In this document: positions 8,945 to 17,816 of the stretch, piece by piece
How positions within the stretch are numbered: position 1 is the stretch's first letter
How the letters are laid out: every line of letters starts with the position of its first letter
Virus record (IMG/VR): IMGVR_UViG_3300048592_000616
Location: 1-64,000 of that record
DNA length: 64,000 nt
Source of the DNA: a virus
Direction: 5' to 3' (one strand)
Translations under genes and position numbers: made by a program
Notes under the pieces: generated by a model
What the model saw: the letters and a program-made list of their open reading frames with translations, nothing else
The model's database searches: none
Told to the model about the DNA's origin: nothing

Positions 8945-9291
8945 ATGACGACGATAACATCCAGCCCGGCTGCGGCTGCCGCTATGGGCTGATCAGTCTG
9001 CTCATGTTCGCGGCCGCCTTTGGGTTCCTGCTGTTGCTCATCAACGTCGGCCGCGCCGTCTACCCCACCCTCGCGCCGGAGCATCGCAATACGTTCATCT
9101 GGGCGTTCCTGGCCGGGTTGCTCATCTTTGGCGTGGTCAGCGGGGTATCAAAGATCTACGCCGGGCACATGGGTTCAGCCAACGGCAAACAGGTTGTAGC
9201 CGGGCTGGAAGGCGACGGCCGCTCCTGCATCAAGACAGTCATCGGCATCGTCGTGGTCCTGGCGCTCGTGGCGGCCGCGGTGCTGATATGA
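8941..9291 (+). CDS. Three-TM membrane protein
   Basis: Three hydrophobic segments. Confidence 0.65.
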   Translation: MNDDDNIQPGCGCRYGLISLLMFAAAFGFLLLLINVGRAVYPTLAPEHRNTFIWAFLAGLLIFGVVSGVSKIYAGHMGSANGKQVVAGLEGDGRSCIKTVIGIVVVLALVAAAVLI

Positions 9292-9317
9292 CGACAAGCA
9301 GATAACGAGGTTAAAAC

Positions 9318-10493
9318 ATGAAACAAGTAATTGCGACGGAACGAGTTCCGATCAAGCTGTGGCTTGATGACATGGAGGAAGGCGCATTGGCGCAGGCGAG
9401 GAACCTTGCCAACCTGCCGTTTGCCTTCAAGCATATTGCTATCATGCCGGACAGCCACCAGGGGTATGGTATGCCCATTGGCGGCGTTCTGGCGACGCAG
9501 CACTACATCGTCCCCAATGCTGTCGGGGTAGACATCGGCTGCGGCATGTGCGCCGTCAGGACGAACCTGGACCATGTGGAGCGAGACTCGCTTAAGGCTG
9601 TCATGGGGCGCGTGAGGCAGACGGTGCCGGTCGGGTTCAACTCGCACGAGACGGTCCAAAGCATCCCGCTGGAACCGACCGGCAAAGTCAGCGACCTCGT
9701 TCAGCGCCTGTGGGATCAGGCCCTATTCCAGGCCGGGACGCTCGGCGGCGGCAACCACTTCATTGAGTTCCAGGCCGGATCGGACGGCTACGTGTGGATC
9801 ATGATCCATAGTGGATCGCGCGGACTCGGCTTCAAAACGGCCGGGCACTACGCCAAGCTGGCCGAGGAGACCAACACGCGGTACTTCTCATCGGTTGATC
9901 CTAAGCAGGGGTTGTCATTCCTGCCGTTCGACGACGCGGCCGGTCGGCAGTACTTCGAGGACATGAAGTTCTGCACAGAGTACGCCTACCACAACCGCCG
10001 TCTGATGCTGGACAGAATTCAGGAGGCGCTTGCCGAAGTCGTGCCGTCAGTTACGTTCTCGCCGGAGATAAACCTGCCGCACAACTACGCCGCCTTTGAG
10101 AACCACTTCGGGCAGAACGTTATCGTTCATCGGAAGGGCGCGACGCAGGCCAAGGCGGGCCAGGTCGGCATCATCCCCGGCTCACAGGGTTCCGCGTCGT
10201 ACATCGTCGTTGGCAAGGGTAACCCTGACAGCTTTGAGTCCTGTTCGCACGGCGCGGGCCGCCGCATGGGGCGCAACGTGGCGCGAAAGACCTTGGACTT
10301 TGAGGGCGAGACCGAGCGGTTGAATGAGATGGGCGTGCTACACGCCATTCGCGGCGTTGGCGATCTGGATGAGGCCCCCGGTGCATACAAGGACATCGAG
10401 ACGGTGATGCTTAACCAAGAGGACCTGGTCGAGCGCTCGGTTCGGTTGGTGCCGCTGGGCGTCATCAAGAGTTCGGACGGTGGTTATGACTGA
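9318..10493 (+). CDS. rtcB: RtcB family RNA ligase
   Basis: MPDSHQGYGMPIG, VGVDIGCG, GTLGGGNHF, HSGSRG, HN, HRKGA, SCSHGAGR and DEAPGAYK. Confidence 0.95.
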   Translation: MKQVIATERVPIKLWLDDMEEGALAQARNLANLPFAFKHIAIMPDSHQGYGMPIGGVLATQHYIVPNAVGVDIGCGMCAVRTNLDHVERDSLKAVMGRVRQTVPVGFNSHETVQSIPLEPTGKVSDLVQRLWDQALFQAGTLGGGNHFIEFQAGSDGYVWIMIHSGSRGLGFKTAGHYAKLAEETNTRYFSSVDPKQGLSFLPFDDAAGRQYFEDMKFCTEYAYHNRRLMLDRIQEALAEVVPSVTFSPEINLPHNYAAFENHFGQNVIVHRKGATQAKAGQVGIIPGSQGSASYIVVGKGNPDSFESCSHGAGRRMGRNVARKTLDFEGETERLNEMGVLHAIRGVGDLDEAPGAYKDIETVMLNQEDLVERSVRLVPLGVIKSSDGGYD

Positions 10494-11337
10494 CACACCG
10501 GCCGCACAAAGCCGCCAGCTGCGCGAGGTGCGGGTGAGCGTTGACGGCCGTGACGTCGGCATCATCCACCCCACCGACGTCACGATAACGCCACTGCCGG
10601 TGCAGTTCGACGCGGACGTTGCTGACGGTCTTCGGCCGTTCGAGGCGGCCGCGCCGATCTTGGAACCCGTATCGTTTTCAGTGACCAGCCAGATGACGGA
10701 CAAAACGGCTCGCGTGCTGTTTGGTCAAAAGGAGCACAACCCCGTGACTGACTTTATCGACATCACCAACCCGACCGCACTGCAGGCTCACAAAGACGAC
10801 TGGGTCTGCGACGAATACGACCGGCTCTCCGAAGACGTATACGACGCCTATATGGACTCGTTGATCGCCCATATCAGCTACGTCCGCGAGGCTGGGTTGC
10901 GACTGCGCGTGCCCGATCTTCTTTTGCAAGGGCACGATCAAAGCAAGTTCAGCGGCCGAGAGTTCTATGGCTACGCCATGCACTTTCAAGGCGGTGGCGC
11001 ACCGGCCGCGTTCGCGCGGGCATGGCTGCATCACATCCATCACAACCCGCATCATTGGCAGCATTGGCTGTTTGCCGACGGGTTCACGCCGAAAGGCAGC
11101 GACGTCGAGAACGGCGCTGTGCCGATGCCGGGCATGTATGCGCTGGAAATGGTGGCCGACTGGTTGGGCGCTGGCCGGACGTATACGGGATCGTGGGACA
11201 TGACCGAGTGGCTGGAGGTGAACGTGCCGCGCATTCGCGTTCACAGCGCCACGGCCGTTTACCTGGCCAGGATATTGAACGACCTCGGTTACCGTGTGGA
11301 CCCGGCCGCCTTTGGGTCCGCCCTCAAGCAAGGGTAG
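10486..11337 (+). CDS. HD-like metal-binding protein (DUF5662-like) with N-terminal extension
   Basis: HDQSKF, AWLHHIHHNPHHWQHW, EMVADW. Confidence 0.75.
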   Translation: MTDTPAAQSRQLREVRVSVDGRDVGIIHPTDVTITPLPVQFDADVADGLRPFEAAAPILEPVSFSVTSQMTDKTARVLFGQKEHNPVTDFIDITNPTALQAHKDDWVCDEYDRLSEDVYDAYMDSLIAHISYVREAGLRLRVPDLLLQGHDQSKFSGREFYGYAMHFQGGGAPAAFARAWLHHIHHNPHHWQHWLFADGFTPKGSDVENGAVPMPGMYALEMVADWLGAGRTYTGSWDMTEWLEVNVPRIRVHSATAVYLARILNDLGYRVDPAAFGSALKQG

Positions 11338-11340
11338 TCA

Positions 11341-11853
11341 ATGGGACGCTTTTTATTTGCCCTGGTCGGTTGCGTGGGTTTGCTGCTTATTGCGGCTAGT
11401 TCCGTTATCGCCATGCCCGCCGACCCGCCGCCCCCGCCGCCCGCGCGGCCGCCGGGGCTGTTCATCACCGTCTACGACTGGTCGCTGGGCGGCATCAATT
11501 GCAATGAGGACTGCGGGCAGACCTCGCTGACGACGACCGGGCCGGAGTTGTTCGGGTGGACGGCCGCTTGCCCCGTCGCGTGGTTAGGGCACATCAACAC
11601 GACCGTCGTGACGATCTGGGGCCAGGAATACTGGTGTATTGATGCGTTCGGCGACGAAGTCAACCAGCGGCTGACGACGGTCAACGGCCGCCGGGTGTAT
11701 CGCATCGACATCGCCGACAGCCCGCCAGCCGCGCACCCGTGGAACCAGGAGTGGGTGCCGTGGGGCGACTGGTCGAAGGAGTGGCGGCCGATGGCTGAAT
11801 TCAACGAAATTCGCGAAGCGCGACGGGCGGCGACGGCCGTCCTGGGAGACTGA
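11341..11853 (+). CDS. Secreted protein, 3D/RlpA-like domain
   Basis: Signal peptide, Pro linker, ITVYD..GGINC, TAAC, CIDAFG, RIDI. Confidence 0.5.
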   Translation: MGRFLFALVGCVGLLLIAASSVIAMPADPPPPPPARPPGLFITVYDWSLGGINCNEDCGQTSLTTTGPELFGWTAACPVAWLGHINTTVVTIWGQEYWCIDAFGDEVNQRLTTVNGRRVYRIDIADSPPAAHPWNQEWVPWGDWSKEWRPMAEFNEIREARRAATAVLGD

Positions 11854-11859
11854 ACCGGG

Positions 11860-12093
11860 ATGACGGCTCCCGCATTCCCCGACCAGCCGCCGCCCGTGGG
11901 CGAGAGCGACGTGGTCCTGCCAGTGGTGGTGGCCGCGCTGACAGCCCGCGCCGAACAGGGGCGCGTCAAGTACGGCACCTACCTGCGGGTCCGCAACGGC
12001 CGCGACCCGTTGATCGACGCCTGGCAAGAAGCGGCCGACCTGCTGATGTACCTGACCCAGGCCATCATGGAGCGCGACGGTTCGCTGCCGTGA
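11860..12093 (+). CDS. MazG-like/all-alpha NTP pyrophosphohydrolase-like small protein
   Basis: GRVKYGTYL..NGRDPLIDAWQEAADLLMY. Confidence 0.55.
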   Translation: MTAPAFPDQPPPVGESDVVLPVVVAALTARAEQGRVKYGTYLRVRNGRDPLIDAWQEAADLLMYLTQAIMERDGSLP

Positions 12094-12142
12094 CAACGAC
12101 GACGCTTTGCGCTATCGTTGCGGCCACACGGAGGTAGACGCG

Positions 12143-12715
12143 ATGAGACTCAAACTGGTTGGAGTTGCTTTGATGATGTTGGCTGTGCTGGCCGCGTGCG
12201 GCGGCGCGGCCGATGGCGAGGCGTCGGCCGTGGCCACGGTGCCGCCAACGGTTACCGCGCGGCCGACGCCGACCGCGACGCCCGTGCGGCTGCCGGAGAC
12301 GGCCGACGCGCTATGCCGGTGGATCGGCAACCAAATTCTGGTAGAGCCTGACCGGCTGACCGAGTGCGCGGTGGATGACGAACGTGCTTCCAGCGCCTGG
12401 CTGCGGATCGCTTATCGCATGGATCGCGGCGCGATGGACCGGGCGGCGCTGCTGACGGCGGCCGAGGTGTCCGAAATTCTGCACACCCTGACCGAGGTCG
12501 GATACCAGGACTATGCCCGCGTCGAGATCGTCGCCACCTACCCCACCAAGGACAAGTTCGGCAACACCGAGGAGACGGCCGCCTTCCGGGCCGACTGGGC
12601 ACTCTCGACGCTGGACAAAGTGAACTGGGCGGGCATCGACTTCCCGGCGCTGCTGGACCTATCGTCGCCGCCGCGCCTGGAGATGTCTGACGCCTTCGCG
12701 GCCGCCATCCGCTGA
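12143..12715 (+). CDS. Lipoprotein
   Basis: GGAGG RBS; lipobox LAAC; Pro/Thr linker; DKFGN motif. Confidence 0.75.
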   Translation: MRLKLVGVALMMLAVLAACGGAADGEASAVATVPPTVTARPTPTATPVRLPETADALCRWIGNQILVEPDRLTECAVDDERASSAWLRIAYRMDRGAMDRAALLTAAEVSEILHTLTEVGYQDYARVEIVATYPTKDKFGNTEETAAFRADWALSTLDKVNWAGIDFPALLDLSSPPRLEMSDAFAAAIR

Positions 12716-12837
12716 CCCGACTCCCCCCACCCTGCCCCAGGCCGTTTCGCTGTCGCTGAAAATTAGAACATATGTACGCTGCCGGTTTGGCGGCCCGGCC
12801 GCGTTGCGCATCGTTGCCACCAGTTTCCACCAGTTGG

Positions 12838-12886
12838 TTGACAGGCCGTCGCGTTATATGTTATGATGTGGTCATACCAAACGAAC
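12838..12886 (+). promoter_or_regulatory. Promoter family copy A with palindromic operator
   Basis: TTGACA-18-TATGAT with TG extension; TATGA-tgtgg-TCATA; ends in aaacgaac. Confidence 0.75.
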
Positions 12887-12928
12887 AGGGCAGCGCCCCG
12901 CTAGGGCCGAAAGGCAAGGAGACCTGAG

Positions 12929-13171
12929 ATGCAAAACCCAACCGTAGCTTCTGACTTGAGCCGAACCAACGCCGAGCTAACCGTCCGCGCCATGCGGCAC
13001 GCCTCCCCGATGGTCAGCCCGCGAGTATTCGCGGAGGGCAACGAGGAGGACACTTACCGGGTGGACGTGATAGGGTACATGAGCACGACCGGTCACCATA
13101 GCATCGCCATGTGGGCGAAGGGCTTCACCACCGCCCTGGAGATCGCGGCGACGGACATGGTGGCGAAATGA
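12929..13171 (+). CDS. Hypothetical protein
   Basis: AAGGAG RBS after promoter A. Confidence 0.65.
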   Translation: MQNPTVASDLSRTNAELTVRAMRHASPMVSPRVFAEGNEEDTYRVDVIGYMSTTGHHSIAMWAKGFTTALEIAATDMVAK

Positions 13172-13413
13172 GCCAGCTATTGCACGAGGTCGAGCGGGTC
13201 TTTGCCCGCGTGGTCAACAAGGAGATCGGCGGCGGCAACATCGAGGTCTCGATGAACGGCCTGGCCGACGGCCGGATGCAGGTCTGCATATGCGGCCCGC
13301 TGGCCGACGTAGAGGCGGCCGCGCCGGTGCTGGCCGAGACGGGGCTGGCGCTCCTCGACGAGACCGTATTCCCCGACGATCCCGAATTCAAGTACATGCG
13401 CTGGGCTAAGTAG
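13168..13413 (+). CDS. Hypothetical protein
   Basis: ATGA coupling. Confidence 0.6.
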   Translation: MSQLLHEVERVFARVVNKEIGGGNIEVSMNGLADGRMQVCICGPLADVEAAAPVLAETGLALLDETVFPDDPEFKYMRWAK

Positions 13414-13437
13414 GGACCGGCGCGCAAAGGAGACACC

Positions 13438-13695
13438 GTGAGCAGCATTGATCGATACATCGAGGTTTGGAAGGACGGCGACCCGGAGGATACCACCGAG
13501 TGGCTGGTGCTGCTGATGCAAGGCGGCCAGCTGCCGGAGCCGCCGGATGCAGTCGATGTGCTGGGCACCTTCCCCACCCTCAATGAGGCCCGCGCCTTCG
13601 CCGGGCGCGAGGCGGCCGAGCGTGGGCTGGAGGTATTCGAGGAGGACTTGGGCGGCGGGTATCCCCCGGCCGCGTGGGAGGCGCGGCCGTCATGA
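13438..13695 (+). CDS. Hypothetical protein
   Basis: AAGGAG RBS, GTG start. Confidence 0.6.
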   Translation: MSSIDRYIEVWKDGDPEDTTEWLVLLMQGGQLPEPPDAVDVLGTFPTLNEARAFAGREAAERGLEVFEEDLGGGYPPAAWEARPS

Positions 13696-14075
13696 GTCTT
13701 TGCGACTTCCACCAGTGCGACCTGTGTATCTATGTGTCCCCAGCGGGCATTGAGTGCCACGTGGCGGCCGATCGGCGGGTGCAAGAGATAGGACCGGAGC
13801 CGCCCCTGCCCAGCCTGACGGCCGATGACCACGAGTGGGCCGAGTGGCGTCGCCTTTTCCACAAGTACGCCAATGAGATATTCTCGGGCGAGACCCAGCC
13901 CATCGGCGGTCCGCGCGACGGGGAACACCGCACCTTCCAGACGTGGGCCGACTTGCTGGCCTATGTGGGCGACGTGGCGGCCGATGGGTACCGCGTGCCG
14001 GACTGGGTGGTTGGGACTATCCAGAGGGAGGTGGGCAATTCGCCGCAAGCCGCACCGGCCGATAAAATACCCTAG
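13692..14075 (+). CDS. Hypothetical phage protein
   Basis: ATGA coupling; GYRVPDW motif; followed by a hairpin. Confidence 0.6.
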   Translation: MSLCDFHQCDLCIYVSPAGIECHVAADRRVQEIGPEPPLPSLTADDHEWAEWRRLFHKYANEIFSGETQPIGGPRDGEHRTFQTWADLLAYVGDVAADGYRVPDWVVGTIQREVGNSPQAAPADKIP

Positions 14076-14094
14076 CAGACTACTAACTCAAGGC

Positions 14095-14126
14095 CAGAAG
14101 GGCGAGACCGATGTCTCGCCTTTCTG
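14095..14126 (+). terminator. Terminator-like hairpin
   Basis: cagaagggcgagac-cgat-gtctcgcctttctg. Confidence 0.6.
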
Positions 14127-14251
14127 CATCCAGGTCGCGGTTGGGATGTATGACTTTCCGCAACAACCCGACCCTGTGTAATTTTGGCCCGTTTTTTACA
14201 ATGACCACCGCGGCCGTTGTAGCCGAATACACTGCCTGCCCGGTTTGCGTC

Positions 14252-14280
14252 TTGACGGGGCGCGGGCTTTGCGGTAGTGT
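14252..14280 (+). promoter_or_regulatory. Sigma70-type promoter for the repeat RNA
   Basis: TTGACG (14252-57), 17 bp, TAGTGT (14275-80). Confidence 0.65.
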
Positions 14281-14299
14281 ATCGGAGGACTAACCAAGC

Positions 14300-14374
14300 A
14301 AGGCTTGGCATGGCCAGGCAAGGCGGGGCCAGGCCTGGCGGGGCGAGGCCCGGCCTGGCGAGGCCCGGCATGGC
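14300..14374 (+). repeat. Pentanucleotide array with invariant GGC and variable dinucleotide
   Basis: GGC at 14302, 14307 ... 14372 (15 copies, exact 5-nt period); NN = aa,tt,at,ca,aa,gg,ca,ct,gg,ga,cc,ct,ga,cc,at. Confidence 0.95.
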
Positions 14375-14378
14375 AGGG

Positions 14379-14410
14379 AAAAAGGGGACGGCTTTCTGCC
14401 GTCCCCTTTT
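14379..14410. terminator. Bidirectional intrinsic terminator
   Basis: aaaaaggggacggc-tttct-gccgtcccctttt between the repeat RNA and the convergent endolysin. Confidence 0.85.
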
Positions 14411-14416
14411 CGTTTC

Positions 14417-17400
14417 TCACTCCGCGCAGGTGATGACCTGGCGGCGGTTGTCCGGCCGCTGGCCCGGCGCGTGGGCCTCGCTGATCTCGCTGCGCTGGCC
14501 GTCGGCCTTCGTCCAGGTCACCAGCCCGTACATCCGCGAGAAGGTCCACGTCTCCTCGACGCGGCCGTTGGGCAGCAGCCACTGCAAGAGGATGCAGTCC
14601 CCAACGAATATCCCATTGACCATCATTGCCTTCTGCGCGGCCGCCAGGCGGATCGTTGACGGCTGGCGGCGCTCCTCGGTCGTTTGGCAGTCGGCGATCC
14701 GCTGCCAGCGCACGAGCGGGTTACGCGGGAACGTCTCCCCCACGGCCATCCGGCGCGGTGCCCAGACGCTGCCATAGACCCCCGGCGCGCCATAGAGCGT
14801 GTACATCATCCCGCCGCCCGGCGACGTGTCGCGGCCGCGATAGATGGCCTTGTCGTCCGCGCCGAAATGCTCCCACTCGGCCGATAGCTCGTTGCCCTTC
14901 GTCAGGTAGTACCAGCCCGGCCGGTGCGGGTCGCGCTGGGTCTGGTGGCGCGCCTGGCTGCCGCTGCTGTGGCGCACCTCGAAGAGCGGCCCACGGCCGT
15001 CCGGGCCGAGCATCCCGGTCATGTAGGGCAGGAGGTCGATCTTGGTCGGGTCGGGTGGCTGCGGCTCCGGCTTCGGCGGCTGAGGCTTGGGTGGCGTCGG
15101 CGTTGGCGTCGGTGGTTTCGGCGCGGGCAGCGCGTCCTCCGGCCCGACGACGCGGACGGCGTCCCACTCCCCCACCGGCGCGTAGTAGACCAGCGTCTCC
15201 CCGGCCCGGCCGCCCGCGCGGCGGTAGGCATAGCTCACGCCGTCGATGACCTCGCGCTGCTCATCGGAGAGCGGATAGAGACCGTCCTCCAGCATCGCCG
15301 CCTGCAAAGCGAAGGTCGGCGTGTTGGCGATCCCCGGCGCGGCCGTGCCCAGCCGCCACATTGTCTCGGCCAGCGTCGGCGGCCTCGGCTCCGGCACGCC
15401 GCGCGGGATGAGGTACGCGGCCAGGTCGTCCGCCGTGCCGTTGAAGCGGTTCAGGTCGATCCGGGCGCTTGACGCGCCATAGCTCGGCCCGTGGCCGTCG
15501 TTGGCGTACTGCCAGAAGGTCCAGCCCCGGCCGCTGGCCCACGGCTCCGGCACGAGCGGCCGCGTGCCCTTGGTCCAGTTGGCGATCCATAGGTCGAAGG
15601 CCGCGCCCCATTTCGGCGCGCCCAGGGCCGAGCGCCAGTAGCTGTAGTTGGTATAGAGGATCGGCAGCCGGTCGATACCCATCTCGTCGAGGCGTACTTG
15701 CAGGCGCTCCAGGAACTCCAACACAAACGCCGCCCGCTCGGTCACGGTCAGGCCGTTGAAGTTCCCGTCCTCCAGGTCCAGCACCGGCGGTAGGTCGCAG
15801 CCGTGCCGCTCGATGACGGCCGCGAACGTCTCCACCTGCTCCTTGGGCGGATCGAAGAAGTGCAGGTAGTGGTAGAAGCCATAGGGTAGCCCGGCCGCCA
15901 TCGCCGCCGGGGCATACTCGTCCACCCGCTCGTCCTGGTGCTTGCCATACGACGCGCGGATGAAGGCGAAGTCAACCTTGGCGGCCGCCTTGCCAAAGTC
16001 CATCGCCCCCTGCCACTTGGAGACGTCGATCCCGATGACCTCGCCGCCCGGCTCCGGCTTCGGCGGTTCGGGCTTCGGCGGTTCCGGCGCGGGCGGTTCG
16101 GGTTCGGTGACGGCCGCGCGCAGGGACCAGCCGTCCAGGAAGAAATTGTTGGAAATGCCCCACTCGGCCGACATGTGGACGGCCAGCTTGAGCGGCCCGC
16201 CGCCGTGGGTGAAGGCGGTCGATATCTCGCGGTAGACCGGCCCGGTCGCGGCCGCAGGCCAGATGTCCAGCGGCCCGGCGACGGCCTGGTCGTTGACCTT
16301 GAGCGTATAGCGCGCCGAGTTGGTCTCCACCCGGTAGTCGCGCTTCTTGTCCGTCATGCGGTAGAAGTCCAGCCAGCCGCGCCACGTGAACACGTACCGA
16401 CCAGCCGGTAGGTCGGGGAACTCCTGGACCAGGCGCGCCCAGAACGGTCGCCCGCCCGCGAACAGCTTGTAACACCACTGCCCATCGCGGATGAACCGCG
16501 CCGCCTCGTCGGCCGGTAGCTGCGCGGCCGACTTGTGGACGCCCTCCGGCTCGCCATACGCCTGGCCGGAGATCGGCGACTTGCCCGTATTCCAGGCGAA
16601 GCGCCAGCCGCGCGGCTGCTGGCTGGACTGGCTGATGTCGTCCCAGCCGCCCTCAAAGCCGGGGTTGGCGAGTAGCTCGGCCGTGCCCGGCGTGGGTGGC
16701 TTCGGCGGGTCCACCGGCGACGGCGTTGGCGCGTTGTCTTTGATGCGGTCCAGCAGGGCAACCTCGACGGCCGTGCCGGAGATGTCCCACTCCTTCCACA
16801 CGCCCACGCTCCCCACCGTAAACACGGCCGCGCCGACCACATAGTCATCCTCGCGGATGCGCCGGTCATACCAGGCCAGCATGTCGGCGTACTTCTGTGG
16901 GTCCAGACCCATCGCCCGCCATGACCCCACCGGCGCGCCCTTCGGCGTCACCGAGGCCACATCGTCACACCCGGCCTCGGTGATGATGAGCTGCGTGTCC
17001 CCCAGTCCGGCCGGGGCCAACACCGTGTCCCACACGTAGCGATAGCGCAGGGCAGCCCAGCCCCAGGGATAAGAGCGGTCAGGGCGGCCGTGCCACACAT
17101 CGGCCGTCAGGTTGCCGTTGGCGTCCACCTGTTTCCAGCCTACCCCATAGTCGGCCTCGTAGCCCATGTACTCGTGGAGGGCGATGTAGTGGCCGTTGTC
17201 GCGGGCGTGGCGAACGGCCGGGAGCAGATGAGGCCAGATGTCCATGCTTGGCGTGCCCACGGCGAAGCTGAAGTTGGCCCGCTTCTTGCCGATGGACTCA
17301 TACAGCTTCATCATCTCGATGCAGTAGGCGCTGTACCAGGCCGCCTCATTCGCGTTGTCCGGGGGTATCTCGTTGTCATCCTCCCACACGTCAATGCGCG

Positions 17401-17701
17401 GGTTGGCGGTGTAGCGGTTGACCCGCGGCCGGTTAGCCCCGGCGTAGATGTCGGTCTGCGCCGCGAACCGCACCGCGGCCGCGGCCTTCGGCGTCTCGCC
17501 GCGGTGCATCAGCGCCTTCCAGTCGGTCAACCCCAGGGCGTCGTCCTGCTGGTCCAGCTTGCCGACAACGAGCGGACCGGCCGGGACAGACGATGACGCC
17601 CCCAGCCCCATCGGGTCGAACTTGTAGAGCACCGGCCCGGCCCCGATCCACTTTGCCAGACCGGGCGAACCGATAAAGTGCGGCCCCAGCTTACTTGACA
17701 T
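14417..17701 (-). CDS. Multidomain endolysin (GH25 lysozyme, N-terminal GH-like barrel, CBM-like domain)
   Basis: GIDVSKWQG, YGFYHY, PPVLDLE, LWIA, WTFWQY and IDLN; LHEY/ITEAG and LLANPGFE domains; Pro-rich linkers; GGAGG RBS before ATG 17701. Confidence 0.85.
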   Translation of the reverse strand: MSSKLGPHFIGSPGLAKWIGAGPVLYKFDPMGLGASSSVPAGPLVVGKLDQQDDALGLTDWKALMHRGETPKAAAAVRFAAQTDIYAGANRPRVNRYTANPRIDVWEDDNEIPPDNANEAAWYSAYCIEMMKLYESIGKKRANFSFAVGTPSMDIWPHLLPAVRHARDNGHYIALHEYMGYEADYGVGWKQVDANGNLTADVWHGRPDRSYPWGWAALRYRYVWDTVLAPAGLGDTQLIITEAGCDDVASVTPKGAPVGSWRAMGLDPQKYADMLAWYDRRIREDDYVVGAAVFTVGSVGVWKEWDISGTAVEVALLDRIKDNAPTPSPVDPPKPPTPGTAELLANPGFEGGWDDISQSSQQPRGWRFAWNTGKSPISGQAYGEPEGVHKSAAQLPADEAARFIRDGQWCYKLFAGGRPFWARLVQEFPDLPAGRYVFTWRGWLDFYRMTDKKRDYRVETNSARYTLKVNDQAVAGPLDIWPAAATGPVYREISTAFTHGGGPLKLAVHMSAEWGISNNFFLDGWSLRAAVTEPEPPAPEPPKPEPPKPEPGGEVIGIDVSKWQGAMDFGKAAAKVDFAFIRASYGKHQDERVDEYAPAAMAAGLPYGFYHYLHFFDPPKEQVETFAAVIERHGCDLPPVLDLEDGNFNGLTVTERAAFVLEFLERLQVRLDEMGIDRLPILYTNYSYWRSALGAPKWGAAFDLWIANWTKGTRPLVPEPWASGRGWTFWQYANDGHGPSYGASSARIDLNRFNGTADDLAAYLIPRGVPEPRPPTLAETMWRLGTAAPGIANTPTFALQAAMLEDGLYPLSDEQREVIDGVSYAYRRAGGRAGETLVYYAPVGEWDAVRVVGPEDALPAPKPPTPTPTPPKPQPPKPEPQPPDPTKIDLLPYMTGMLGPDGRGPLFEVRHSSGSQARHQTQRDPHRPGWYYLTKGNELSAEWEHFGADDKAIYRGRDTSPGGGMMYTLYGAPGVYGSVWAPRRMAVGETFPRNPLVRWQRIADCQTTEERRQPSTIRLAAAQKAMMVNGIFVGDCILLQWLLPNGRVEETWTFSRMYGLVTWTKADGQRSEISEAHAPGQRPDNRRQVITCAE

Positions 17702-17816
17702 GGCATCCTCCCACGGCCGCTGCGAGGCGGCCACTGTCTCCCCCTGCTCCCGTCGTCAATTCCCGTCTGTCGCTCGAATTCATGACATCCACCTCCGGCC
17801 GATATTGTATCACAAC

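Larger units (their letters stand above)
14287..14410 (+). ncRNA. Putative small RNA carrying an (NN-GGC)x15 pentamer array
   Basis: Lies between a promoter and an intrinsic terminator; no credible ORF; transcript ends are inferred. Confidence 0.6.

Noticed and set aside
14300-14376. Concatenated NN string reads IIKGTGTLTI in one frame
   Set aside because: A 10-codon open reading arises easily by chance. It is kept only as a search string.
1-14400. Canonical CRISPR array for the csf operon
   Set aside because: No 25-45-bp repeats with regular unique spacers were seen. The repeats at 7992/8379/8540 are irregularly spaced gene remnants.
14072-14777. ORFs 14072..14371(-), 14196..14582(-) and 14277..14777(+) spanning the pentamer array
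   Set aside because: They are low-complexity translations of the repeat that cross the terminator or promoter, or run antisense to the endolysin.
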